From Mobula hypostoma (taxonomy: Eukaryota), in the NCBI RefSeq assembly GCF_963921235.1, contig NC_086101.1, forward strand, positions 9,178,001 through 9,242,000: a stretch of DNA of 64,000 nucleotides. Direction: 5' to 3'. Made by a program: the position numbers and the translations under genes. Under the pieces are notes generated by a model, which saw only the letters and a program-made list of their open reading frames with translations, was not told the DNA's origin and ran no database searches. Of this stretch, positions 51,501 through 62,275 are shown piece after piece. How positions within the stretch are numbered: the stretch's first letter is position 1; each line of letters starts with the position of its first letter.

Positions 51501-53907
51501 CTTTAACGTCACTAATGGAATATTCATTCCAGAGCTACCATGTCAGGATTCAAACTCGTGCATTGGCTTGTTTGTCCAGTGCAAATGGGATCAGGATGCA
51601 ATGATTCACCTAACAGACCAGTGAATTGGTTGTAATTTGCCCCTGGTTTGGTGTGTTGAAGGGTCTGACATCTCCAGCTGACCATGTGGCAGTGATGTGT
51701 CCCAGCAGGTGGGGTTGGTGCCGGAATGAATCTGTATGTTTTACCTCGCTTAATGCTGTCCAACGGTTCTCCCAATGCAATGTCGAACAAATAGGGGCGA
51801 TAGAATTTTTCAACCAGTAGGGCACCATCTGTCACTGACAATGTCCGTTCTTCAGTACTAATCCTGTAAATATTATACATGTAGTTATAAACTGAACATC
51901 AGTGATATTTGAACTATTTTACAAATCCATACAGAGTTTCAGTCAAGACCATGTCCTACCTCCTCTTCCGATGAGCTTCCTCCTGAAATAAATAAAACAC
52001 AGATCTCAATTGACTGAGACTGACCGTCGGCATCTGAACAGCAGCAATCTGAGACAAGTTACTACAAGCTGCTGAAAATTCCCACTAAACTCACTCCCAC
52101 TGACACACACGGAGAAAGAGGGACAGAGAACCACAGGTGAAAGTACAAGGAATGTTTATGAAATTTATATCATAACTGGGAGGATAGAACTTACAGGAGA
52201 GACTGGACAGGTTGTGTATTTTTATCTAGATACGATGTCAGGGAGGATCAGATGGAGGAATTTAAGATTCCGAATGGATTTGATGGGGTGGGACTGGAGA
52301 AAATATTTCTGCTTGTGTCAGACCAAAAGTGAAAGATAAAACGTCAGTTGGTTGTTTATAAATGCCACAAAAACGTGGTGAAGAGAATATCAGAAACACA
52401 TTCATAACCTATAACTGTAACTGGGTGTTACTCTTGAGTATCAGGGTATATTATATGTGGGAATCACAGAAACGATCACCAGCTCAGTGCTCTGATCAGA
52501 GTAACTCATTCCCGAGAAGGTTGCAGACTGTCCTATGATGTACAGATGTTGTGGGAGGCCAGTTTGGGACAATAACAATTCTAAACAATTAAGACATTGA
52601 CATGGTGGAAATCAGTTTCCAGCAACAGTATCTGTGATAAAATATATCATTTTGTGACTGGGCACTTTTACAGAAACAAACTGAAATCTCTCACCATGAG
52701 AAATATCACACCGTCTTGTTGATCCATCTGTTCCTGTAACTTTGAGATTTCCTCCTGAATAGAATTTAAATTCTCTTGAATCTCTCGAAGATTTTTCTCC
52801 ATTGGATTTAGAATCCTCTCCTCTTCTTCCCTGAGATCACGGAGCGCGCGCTGCTCTTTCTCAGTGAGTATCTGGCGCAGTTCAGCAAACTGGGATGTGA
52901 TCTGGGACTGAAGGCTGTGTGTCTGTTCCTGTCAATGAAAGGAGAGGTTAGTTCACTGTTTGAGGCTATTTTTCGTATTTCCTTCTGACATGGAAAGTAA
53001 CCATTCAGCCCATTAATGTCTCTGCTAGTTCTCAGAACAATCCCCTCCATAACATCCCCCCACCTGTCTCTGACCCACTAACTCCGACCTGATTCACAGA
53101 CCACCCACAATCACAAGATTAATTACCGCCAATTTACCGTTCAACCATGCTATGTCGGCTAAAGGAAGGTACAAGATACGAAGAGAACATGCAAACTCCA
53201 CGCAGACAGCTCCAGGGGTCAGGATCGATCCCAGGTTACTGGAGCTGCGATACTCTGCTGTTCTGCATTAAAGGGAACAAAACCACACAGCGAATTTGTA
53301 AATTCTGCTCAGGAAGTCTCACCCGAACTCCAGAAATCTTCTCTTTCTGTTGTTGCTCCATCTCCTCGAAGTCTGATTTCTTTTTAGTGAGAGAGTCTAA
53401 GGAAGATTTAACCCGACCCTGGGAATCAGAGAGTAAAGACATTAGACCAAAACATGCAACTAAGTAAACAGCTGATCAAAACCTGGTTAGTTTTACCTTG
53501 TAGATTTCAACGGCTTCGTTAACCGGCATGAAGTTGTGAGACTTGTGTTCCCGCGCAGTCGCACAGATCAGGCAGATCAGTGTCTTGTCCGTCTCACAAA
53601 ACAGCTTCAGTTCTTCCTCGTGTTTCTCACAGTGAAGTTTACTTTCCTTCGCTTTCGGGTTCAGGTTTAGTTTTCGAGCTTTCTCAGACAGATTTGCTAA
53701 GGCCCGATTGACCCTGAGGGTGCGGTCTGCAATCCCCTCTCTACATTCCGGGCAGGAGTTTCTCTCCTCCCTTTCCCAACACCGTGTGATACAGGAGCGG
53801 CAGAAGTTGTGTCCACACTCCAGTATAACCGGATCGGTGAAGAAATCCAGGCAGATGGAACAAATTGCCTCCTCGGTCCAACTCTCGACCTGTCCTTTCG
53901 AAGCCAT
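41988..53907 (-). CDS. Class IV TRIM protein (RING-B-box2-coiled coil-PRY/SPRY; TRIM39/A33/NF7-like E3 ligase), 6 coding exons, 471 aa
   Basis: Manually spliced exons 53497-53907, 53323-53418, 52695-52928, 51960-51982, 51745-51863 and 41988-42520 are all bounded by GT-AG introns. They total 1416 nt (471 aa + stop) with no frameshift. Domains: C3HC4 RING, B-box, heptad-rich coil, and PRY/SPRY motifs LDVETAHP and GRHYWEVEV. Confidence 0.93.
43380..44222 (+). mobile_element. Degraded CR1 3' fragment splitting an HE1-like SINE
   Basis: DLEQLEKWAEK and LEYCVQVWSP motifs. SINE parts lie at about 43275-43380 and 44228-44370. Confidence 0.75.
44651..45283 (-). mobile_element. HE1/V-SINE-like tRNA-derived SINE with an internal minisatellite
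   Basis: A box TAGCATAGTGG and B box GGTTCATGTCC at the 5' end, V-domain, and CR1-like tail. Confidence 0.8.
44699..45120. repeat. Minisatellite, 7 copies of about 60 bp
   Basis: The unit ccccaccacccagaaacccctgatttaatccgagcctgaccatgggacaagt(c/t)acaatga is repeated head-to-tail with no spacers. Confidence 0.95.
46429..49607 (-). mobile_element. Very young 5'-truncated CR1 LINE split by a solo LTR, itself inserted in a Penelope-like fragment (46150-46428 plus 49608-49800)
   Basis: Removing the LTR and one TSD joins 49599-48004 to 47138-46527 into a stop-free frame of about 735 aa (SDH, YLDFQKTFD, PQGSVLGP, KFADD). (TTTCTATG)n tail. Confidence 0.93.
47143..48003 (-). mobile_element. Solo LTR, family A (861 bp)
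   Basis: TGTTACG...CGTAACA inverted termini and a 4-bp TSD AATG. On the minus strand, a TATA-like GGGATAAAAAGGG near 47770 and AATAAA at 47226-47231. Confidence 0.9.
50425..51170 (+). mobile_element. Penelope-like element 3' part with an open GIY-YIG endonuclease frame
   Basis: FTCESVGVIYCIRCSRCGLLYIGETRRRLGDRFVEH...HFN...EQHLI...LQPLGMN and a 10-bp TSD GAGAATAGTT. Confidence 0.92.
51039..51076 (+). ncRNA. Hammerhead motif, degenerate (GAAA>UAAA)
   Basis: CAGTC-CTGACGA-AGGGTTCCGGCCC-TAAAC-GTA-AACCG, downstream of the GIY-YIG ORF. Confidence 0.55.
51374..51387 (+). promoter_or_regulatory. CTCF core motif in TRIM intron 5
   Basis: CCAGCAGGGGGCAG is a close match to the CTCF core consensus. 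Confidence 0.5.
51745..51863 (-). CDS. TRIM coding exon 5 (119 nt, linker)
   Basis: atttacag|GATTAGT...AAGCGAG|gtaaaa. Encodes ISTEERTLSVTDGALLVEKFYRPYLFDIALGEPLDSIKR. Phase 2 in, phase 1 out, matching the last exon. Confidence 0.88.
51960..51982 (-). CDS. TRIM coding exon 4 (23-nt micro-exon)
   Basis: tttatttcag|GAGGAAGCTCATCGGAAGAGGAG|gtagga. A 23-nt exon is characteristic of class IV TRIMs and fits the phase of both neighbours. Confidence 0.88.
52695..52928 (-). CDS. TRIM coding exon 3 (234 nt, coiled coil)
   Basis: ttgacag|GAACAG...CTCATG|gtgaga. Encodes EQTHSLQSQITSQFAELRQILTEKEQRALRDLREEE...GVIFLM with no stops. Confidence 0.93.
53000..53250 (-). mobile_element. tRNA-derived SINE remnant in TRIM intron 2
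   Basis: B-box-like ggatcgatcc and V-domain-like gtggagtttgcatgttctct. Confidence 0.6.
53323..53418 (-). CDS. TRIM coding exon 2 (96 nt, coiled coil)
   Basis: ttcccag|GGTCGG...GTTCGG|gtgaga. Encodes GRVKSSLDSLTKKKSDFEEMEQQQKEKISGVR. A 96-nt exon is typical of class IV TRIMs. Confidence 0.93.
53497..53907 (-). CDS. TRIM coding exon 1 (RING + B-box2), 411 nt
   Basis: ATG in strong context (aacATGG). RING CSICLDFFTDPVILECGHNFCRSC...CPEC and B-box CEKHEEELKLFCETDKTLICLICATAREHKSH. Donor AAG|GTAAAA. Confidence 0.95.
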
Positions 53908-53920
53908 GTTAACTCTCGGT

Positions 53921-53996
53921 ACTTCCTGGTTCAGGCTCCTTTCACTTTCGGGAGCCGCTGAACGCCCGCAGTACCGCGATTGTCCACTAGGGGCGC
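53921..53996 (-). promoter_or_regulatory. Proximal promoter motifs: ETS (CAGGAAGT), IRF/ISRE (GAAAGTGAAA), CTCF-like site
   Basis: Plus strand acttcctg at 53921-53928 and tttcactttc at 53940-53949. CGCAGTACC...CCACTAGGGGCGC at 53967-53996. All lie within 90 bp of the ATG in a CpG-rich patch. Confidence 0.55.
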
Positions 53997-56457
53997 TGCA
54001 GTCTCGGGAATGAATGTTCCTTTTCAGTGAGCAGGAATCGTGTTCATTTCCACAGCGGGGATCAGAAACACATTGAACAAGTCTAACATAAATAAAGCCG
54101 GAGAGAAGAGCTTGGTTCATTCTACGGCAGAACTGAAGGGTCAAGTCCTGAAAATATGTTTTAGTGGCCATTACACAAACCTGGTTGCAAGGTGGAGATA
54201 TCTGGGAACTAAATATCCAGGGATATCAGGTAAGACGGAAAGATAGGCAGGAAGGCAGAGGAGGTGCGGTGGCGCTCTTGATCAGGACGATTGTGAGAGA
54301 CGTATAAGATCTACGGAGCAGAATGCTGAAGAGAAAAAAATCGCTGGTGGGTGTGGTTTATAGGCCACCTAATAATAATACTGCAGTGGCAGAGGCGATT
54401 AACCAAGAAATAACTGAGGCTTGTAAGAATGGAACGGCAGTTGTCATGGGGGATTTTAACTTCCACAGAGATTGGGTGAGATCAGGTTGGTCAAGGAAGT
54501 CTTGAGGAGGACTTCATAGTATGCATCCGTAATGGCTTTCTTGAGCAGCATGTTAGAGAACCTACAAGGGAAAATACTATCTTAGATCTAGTCCTGTGCA
54601 ATGAGACAGGTAAGATTAACGATCTTGTAGTCAGGGATCCTCTTGGAAAGAGTGATCATAGTATGATTGAATTTCGCATTCAGATGGAGGATGAAAAAGT
54701 TAGAACTAAAACTCATGTATTATGCTTGAACAAGGGAGACTACAACGGGAAGAGGGAGGAGTTGGTTAATGTGAATTGGGAGCACAGGCTATTTGGTAGC
54801 ACAGCTGAGGAACAGTGGAATACTTTCAGAGATTTTTCATACTGTTGAACAGAAGTATGTTCAAGTCAAAAGTAAGGACAGCAAGTGTGGGGAGAGCCAG
54901 CCTTGGATAACAAAGGAAATAAAATATAGTATCAAATTACAAGCTCATGTGTCCCTTGGAAGTCGAGAAGGGGAAATTGATATTGGGTGATAAAGAAATG
55001 ACTGAGGCATTGAATAACTATTTTGTGTCGGTCTTCACGGTGGAGGACACGTCTAATATGCCAAAGAAGGATGTTATAGATAAAATGGGAGGTGAGGACC
55101 TCGATAAAATCATTTTCACTAAAGAGATAATGATGAGCAAACTCGAGGGCCTGAAGGTAGATAAGTCCCCTGGTCCTGATGGGATGCATCCCAGGGTGCT
55201 GAAGGAATTGGTGGAGGTTATATTAGACACATTGGTAATCATGTATCAAAACTCTGTAGACTCTGGGCAGGTCCCGGCGGATTGGAAGACAGCAAATGTT
55301 ACGCCACTTTTAAAAAAAGGATGAGGGTAAAATACAGACAACTATAGGCCTGTTAGTTTAATATCAGTATGCAGTTGGGAAAATGCTTGAAACTGTCAGT
55401 AAGGAAGTAATAGCGAAACATTTAGAAAGGAGTGGTTCCATTAGAAAGACGCAGCATAGATTCAGAAAGGGCAGGTCCTGTTTGACAAACTTACTGGAGT
55501 TCTTTGAGGACATAATGAGTGCAGTGGGTAGAGGGGAACAAGTGGATGTCATACACTTGGATTTCCAGAAGGCGTTTGATAAGGTGATGCACAAGAGACT
55601 TATAAATAAGATACGGATGCATGGAGTCGGAGGAAGTGTTTTGGCATGGATAGTGGATTGGTTAACCAACAGAAGGCAGAGAGTTGGTATAAATGGGTGT
55701 TTCTCCGGTTGTCAGTCAGTGGTGAGTGGGGTGCCGCAGGGGTCGGTGCTGGGCCTGCAGCTGTTTACCATTAACATTGATGATTTGGAAGAGGGGACTG
55801 AGTGGAGCGTAGCAAAATTTGCTGATGACACTCAACTGAGTGGAAAAGCAAACCGGGCAGAGGATGTGGAGAGTCTGCAGCGGGAGATAAATAGGTTAAG
55901 TGAGTGGGCTAAAGTCTAGCAGATGGAATGTAACGGTGTTAAATGTGAGATCATCCACTTTGGATGGAATAATAGAAAAGCAGATTATTATTTAAATGGT
56001 GAAAGATAGCAACATGCTGTTGTGAAGAGGGACTTGAGAAATGCTTGTGCATGAATCACAAAAAGTTGGCTTGCACGTGCAGCCGGTTATTAAGAAGGGA
56101 AATTGAATGTTAGCTTTCATTGCAAAACAGATTGAATTCAAGAGCAGGGAGATCATGCTACAAATATACAGGGTACTGGTGAGGACGAACCTGGAGTACT
56201 GTGTGCAGTTCTGGTCTTCATACTTGAGGAAGGATATTCTGGCTTTGGCGGCAGTGCAGAGAAGGTTCACCAGGTTGATTCCAGAGATAAAGGGGTTAAA
56301 TTATGAGAGAGATTGAGTCGCCTGGTACTATACTCTCTGGAATTCAGAAGAATGAGAGGGGATCTTATAGAAACATACAAAATTTTGAAAGGGATAGATA
56401 AGATAGCAGTAGGAAAGTTATTTCCATTTGTAGGTGAGACTAGAACTAGGGGACATA

Positions 56458-57996
56458 CTTTATACTATATTGTCGCCAAACAATTGATAATAGAACATAC
56501 AATCATCACAGCGATATTTGATTCTGCGCTTTCTGCTCCCTGGATTACAAATCGATAGTGTTACGTACCCCATAACTGGATTGCCAAACCAGCAGAAATG
56601 GACCACTTAGTTGGAGTCTGGATTACTGGAACTAAGAAAGTTTTATTAAATAAATAAGCAACACAGTACTCTAATCAAAAGGATATAAATGCAACAGTTT
56701 AGCAATGATAAAACACACATGTACACAGAACTAGGATAATAGGATCAATCAAGCTCTATCGAAGTCTAGGGGTAAATGATCAGTTTCAAGTGACGCAAAG
56801 TTCAGTTCAGTTCGCAGTAATCGCTGTTGTACCGTTGGGCGGGGAGAGAGAGAGAGAGACAATGAATGAATATGCGAATCGGATTCCAAGCAGACCTTCG
56901 ATATTCCTCGCAGTTAGCTTTCGGCGGAGCCCTTTGTAATGACTTCTGAGGTCACCGACTGTAACCCCTCTGTTCCAGATACGATCGTTCTTCTGCGGTG
57001 AACCCGGCACCCAGGCAAGGGCGGACACACACACCAGATTCCCGCCTGGCCGTATCCTTCCACCCTGTGCGTCTCTGGCTGGTCCCACGACCAGACCTCC
57101 AAAAACTCCCACCAACTTGTGGGGGGGGGGCGGTGGGGGGCACACAGCTTCCAGGGTCTCGTTACCTCATGGTGTCATGAGTCTGTTGCCGTAGCGAACC
57201 TGTCCCTTTTTATCCCCCTGCTGGGGTATCGCCTGTCCATCAAACTTCAAACAGTTCAGGGTTCAAAGCCACCGGTCTCTGACAATACTCGGAAGCGTGT
57301 CTCCTTTCGGTAATCTCTCTCGTCTCTCCCTTATTAGCACCTTGCATGTTCCCCCATTGTCCTCTTATCGGCATCAATCTTCTGATAACTGGTTCTTTTG
57401 TCACAAGGGGACATACTTTATACTATATTGTCGCCAAACAATTGATAATAGAACGTACAATCATCACAGCGATATTTGATTCTGCGCTTCCCACTCCCTG
57501 GATTAAAAATCGATAGTAAATATTAAAAATTTAAATTATAAATCATAAATAGAAAATAGGGACATGGAAAGTAAGGTAGTGCAAAAAAAAAACTGAGAGG
57601 CAGGTCCAGATATTTGGAGGGTACGGCCCAGATCCGGGTCAGGATCCGATCAGCAGTCTTATCACAGATTTGTTCTCAAATCTGGCCGTACGAGTGTTCA
57701 AGCTTCTGACCCTTCTCCTGGAGGGCAGAGGGACGAAATGTGTGTTGGCTGGGTGGGTCGTATCCTTGATTATCCTGGCAGCACTGCTCCGACAGCGTGT
57801 GGAGTAAAGTGAGTCCAAAGGACGGAAGATTGGTTTGTGTGATGTGCAGCGCCGTGTTCACGATCTTCTGCAGCTTCTTCCGGTCTGGGACAGGACAACT
57901 TCCATACCAGGTTGTGATGCACCCCAGAAGAATCCTTCTATGGTGCATCTATAAAATTAGTGAGGGTTTTAGGGGACAGGCCAAATTTCCTCAGGA
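56458..57996 (-). mobile_element. Rex1/Babar-like 3' fragment nested in CR1
   Basis: ILLGCITTWYGSCPVPDRKKLQKIVNTA, plus 3' UTR and tail. Confidence 0.75.
56559..57405 (-). mobile_element. Solo LTR, family A (847 bp)
   Basis: Starts tgttacgtacccc like the copy at 47143 and ends ...gtcaca. Flanked by a 111-bp direct repeat. Confidence 0.85.
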
Positions 57997-59128
57997 CTGC
58001 CCCAAGATTCAGGGGAGAAGATTTAGGACAGAGATGAGGAGAAACTGTTTTTCCCAGAGAGTGGTGCATCTGTGGAATTCTTTGCCCAGGGAAGCAGTTG
58101 AGGCTTCTTCACTAAATATATTTAAGATACAGTTCGATAGATTTTTACATAGTAGGGGAATTAAGGGTTACGGAGAAAAGGCAGGTAGATGGAGCTGAGT
58201 TTACAGACAGATCAGTCATGATCTTATTGACTGGTGGGGCAGGCTCGATGAGCCAGATGGCCTACTCCTTCTCCTATTTCTTATGTTTCATTTCAGGATG
58301 AGCTCACAGCTATTTCCATAACTTTTTTCGATCAAACAGAATGATGGTCACCAATCCCAACGTGCCCCCCGCTGCCACTGTCATGTCAAACACTTGGCAA
58401 GACTCATTTCCTGAGAGGAAGTCAAGTGTGACCCCTTCTCTAGTGGGGCATCTACGCGTTGTTTGTTAAACCATTCCAGACCACACTTCACAAATTCTAC
58501 CCTACCAAATCCCTCAGCACTATGTCTGTCCCAGTCAATATTAGGGAAGCTGAAGTCTCTGATTATCACAACCCTGATATTCCAACAGTTATCCACATTC
58601 TCCCTACACATGGGCTCTTCTGATTCTCACTGATATTTGGGATCCTATAGTACAATCCCAACAGTGATAATCTCCATATTTCTAACTCCTACCAATATAC
58701 TCTCACTGGCCATTCCTTACAAGGATCTCTCTAAGTGCTGTGTTGATGTTCTCCCTAATCAACATCACAACTCCCCCTCCTCTCTGACCTCCACTTCTGT
58801 CACGTCCTTTGCATCTGTAGCACAGTGAGGTGGTTTTGAACTTATTCAATGGGACAGCAGGTGTGAGGGACTGAACAGCCTCCTCTTGCTGCTATTTCTG
58901 ATGTTCAGAGCAGTGAACAGACTGAACTGAGGGAGGATAGAAGGAATCGGGCAATGAATAGAGGTGTAGAACAGGAGGGTCGTCCCAAGTGAACAGACAT
59001 CCGGCAAGTGAGCGACTTTAAAACTGAGTAGGAAGAGCTCAGGATCAGCCTGTCCTTGTTAGAGTGAATGGCAAGACTGGCAGGATGAGGGAACCCTGGC
59101 TGACGAGGGTTAATGAAGTTTGATCAGG

Positions 59129-59393
59129 ATGGTGGCGTATTGGCATCATCGCTGGACTTTGGGGCGAGAGTTCCCGAGTTCAAATCTGGCCGGCTCCCTT
59201 TCGCGCTACCATCCATGCTGGGTTAGAGCTGGTGATCTCTTTTAAAAAAAAACTCAACCAGCCGAAGGCAATGGCAGACCATTGCTGTACATTGCCACAA
59301 ACATGCTGTAACTTGCCACGAACAATATGTCAGAGTGGCGTGGAGGGAAATCACTCGCCAACTGGAAACTCCAGACGCGACCTACCGACGACT
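59129..59393 (+). mobile_element. tRNA-derived SINE
   Basis: A-box-like tggcgtattgg, B box gagttcaaatc, (ACG/ACT)n tail, and an ATCAGG TSD. Confidence 0.65.
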
Positions 59394-60371
59394 ATCAGGG
59401 TGGAGTTGTGTGTCAGGTGAAAGCAGCTGGGATCAGGTGAATCCCTCGAGGAGTAGAAGGGATACAGGAGAACACTGAAGAGGGAAAATCGGGAGTCCAA
59501 AAGAGGGTGTGAGATAGCTATAGGTAAAATAAAGGAGCTTATGCAAAAGATTCTGTGGGTCTGTAAAACAACAAGGGTAACGAGTGAGGGAATATGTCCC
59601 TTGAATGATCATTTGGTTATCCCCATGTGGAGACACAGCAGATGGGCAAGGTCATAAATAAATACTTTCCATCTGTATTTACTGTGGAGAAGGTGATGGA
59701 AGCTGGGAAATTCAGGGAGGAGAATAGTAATGTCCTGAAACATGTTGACATTACAAAGGAGGCTGACCAGCTTAAACACATAATGCTGAATAAACCTGGG
59801 GGTCTGACCCAGTCCCGGGAAGAAATTGCTGTGTCCGTGTCTGTGATATTTCAAACACTGAACAGGGGACAGTATAGCACAGGAACAGGCCATTCTGCCC
59901 AACGTGTACTGTCCTTCTAACTTTGAGACTGGCCCAGTCAGTGTCATCTCTCTGAGGACACCACGTGAAGGGTAAAGTTTCAAAGTGGAATCGGGAGGTT
60001 CAAGGAATGTTTCCTGACACAATGAGTGGTTTGTTCCTGGAATGACGGCCGGCATAGGGAGTGGTGGAAACAGACACAATCGTGACGTTTAAGAGGTTCA
60101 AAGGTTCGTTTTGTTATCAACGTTTACAACTCTGAAATTCTTCAGTTCAAACTGGCATTTAAACAGGAAATGAACAGGCAGGGAACGGAGGGTATGGATC
60201 AATTACAGGTAAATTGGATTCGTTAATTTGACATCCAGGAAGATAAAGAGATTCTGAACACAAAATACTCTGCAGATGCTGGGGTCAAAGCAACACGCAC
60301 AACACGTTGGAGGATCTCAGCAGGTCGGGCAGCATCTGTGGAAACGAACAGTCAACGTTTCGGGCCAAGAT

Positions 60372-62275
60372 TCTATTCCACAGATTCCAGGACAAAAATA
60401 CAAGAGAACAATAGTAGTCGGTTTTATCTCCCAAGTCTTCCGCTCCACACATGAAGTATCACCAACAGTGATCTTCAACGAATATCCTTTCAACACAAGT
60501 GGTACCACACTCGAAATCAGCGACGGGACGTCTCAAAGTGGTGGCCACAGGATACTCAAACGGAATCCACGTATGGATTATCACCAACAGTAGTCTATCA
60601 GTGAGGTACCGTCTTCAAGTGGTAAAACTACCAACCCAGGCAAGGATTATAACACACAAGTAGTTTCCACACAAGATTTCCTCAAACACACAACTGTGAT
60701 AGCGACTTATCCAGTTCCACAACGTACGAAATAACTCCAACAGTGATTTGCACAGGGGTGCCTTTTTCAGTGAACTAACACGCCCAAATAAGGGTAACAC
60801 TCAAGTGATATTCAGAAAGGTTTTCCCCTCACCAGAGAACCCACTACATGACAATCACACCTTCGTATTCGAATAGAACTCAAACTCACCCTTACGGGCT
60901 ACAGAGGAGAGAGTCCAAACAGTGACCTCTTTGTCACTAGATTTCTTCTGTTTCAAACCTTCCTCTCCCCTCTTCTCTTCCTGCAAACTTGTTCCAGTTG
61001 CAGATGTGATGAAAGAGGGTTACAAAAGTACACATAGACTAAGATGTTAACTGTCCTGTGCTGGCACCAGTGGGATCAGCAGTTGGTCTGCCACCTGTCT
61101 TCAGGAGAAAGAGAGATGAGGAAAACAATGGAGCAGCATCTGGAGATGTTAATGAAGAGACGACAGAGTTTAACGGAAGGAGACATCAGTCTGGGTATTT
61201 GTCAAGATCGGCTCCGTTTGAACCCTGAACTGTTTGAAGTGTGATGGACAGGCGATACCCCAGCAGGGGGATAAAAAGGGACAGGTTTGCTAAGGCAGGA
61301 CACACACGACACCACGAGGTAACGAGACCCTGGAAGCGGTGCGCCTCCCGCAAGTCGGTGGGAGTCTTTTGGAAGGCTGGTCTCGGGACCAAGCCATAGA
61401 CGCACAGGGTGGAAAGGTACGATCGGCGGGAACCTGGTGTGTGTCCGCCCTTGCCTGGGTGCCAGGTTCCCTGCAGCGAAATGATCGTATCTGAAACGGA
61501 GGGGTCACAGTCAGTGACCTCAGAAGACATTACAAAGGCCTCGCCCGAAAGCTGACTGCGAGGAATATTGAAGGTCTGTGTGGAAGCTGATTTGAATATT
61601 CATTCGCCTTCGTTGTCTCTCTTCTCCCCCCCCCCCCCCCACTACCCCCGTCCAATGGCACGGCAGTGATTACTGTGAACTGAACTGAACTCAATTGAAC
61701 TGAACTTTGCGTCACTTTGAAGCTGGTCATTTACCCCGAGATGACGATGGAGTTTGATTGATCCAACTACCCTAGATCTGTGTACATGTGTGTTTATTCA
61801 TTGCTAACCTGTTGCATTTATATCCTTACTATTAGAGTACTGTGTTGCTTATTTCTTTAATAAAACTTCCTTAGTTCCAGTAATCCAGACTCCAACTGAG
61901 TGGTCCATTTCTGCTGGTTGGGCAACCCAGTTACGGGGTACGTAACACAGAAAACTTGTGAGAGTCATTTATCTATACTCGGGATCGATCTCAACTCACC
62001 CCTTTTGGGCTACTGAAAGTTTAAACTAGGACCTCACTCTCTGGTGTCTTTCATTGATCGAATCCATCTTGACTCTGAGCATGTGTTTCTCTGTGTCTGT
62101 AACTGTCCTTGTAAAAAGTAAACACGCTGCAGAGAAATCATAACATCGATTGTCCATCAAATAACCCCGCCCTCGGTCACCATGGCGACCCACGAGCTGC
62201 TCATTGCTCCCTCTCTCTCTCTCTCTCTTTTTAAAGGTAGAGTCCATAAGAGATAATTCAAGATCCCGTCATACA
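60372..62275 (-). mobile_element. Older LTR-like element hosting the family A LTR
   Basis: Non-coding, with degenerate internal repeats (ccaacagt... x3). Shares the acccaggcaagg motif with family A and abuts CR1 at a ...cataca end. Confidence 0.4.
61005..61947 (+). mobile_element. Solo LTR, family A (943 bp)
   Basis: TG...CGTAACA termini, 4-bp TSD CAGA, GGGATAAAAAGGG near 61270 and AATAAA near 61859. Confidence 0.88.

Larger units (their letters stand above)
54130..58290 (+). mobile_element. Degraded CR1 ORF2 (54130-56457 plus 57997-58290)
   Basis: GVVYRPPN, GDFN, KSPGPDGMHPR, LDFQKAFD and KFADD. The 3' part resumes after nested insertions. Confidence 0.88.

Noticed and set aside
53908..54171. 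88-aa N-terminal extension of the TRIM ORF (MATKTYF...)
   Set aside because: The upstream ATG lies in CR1-derived sequence and the extension resembles no domain. The ATG at 53907 has a strong Kozak context and the usual short distance to the RING.
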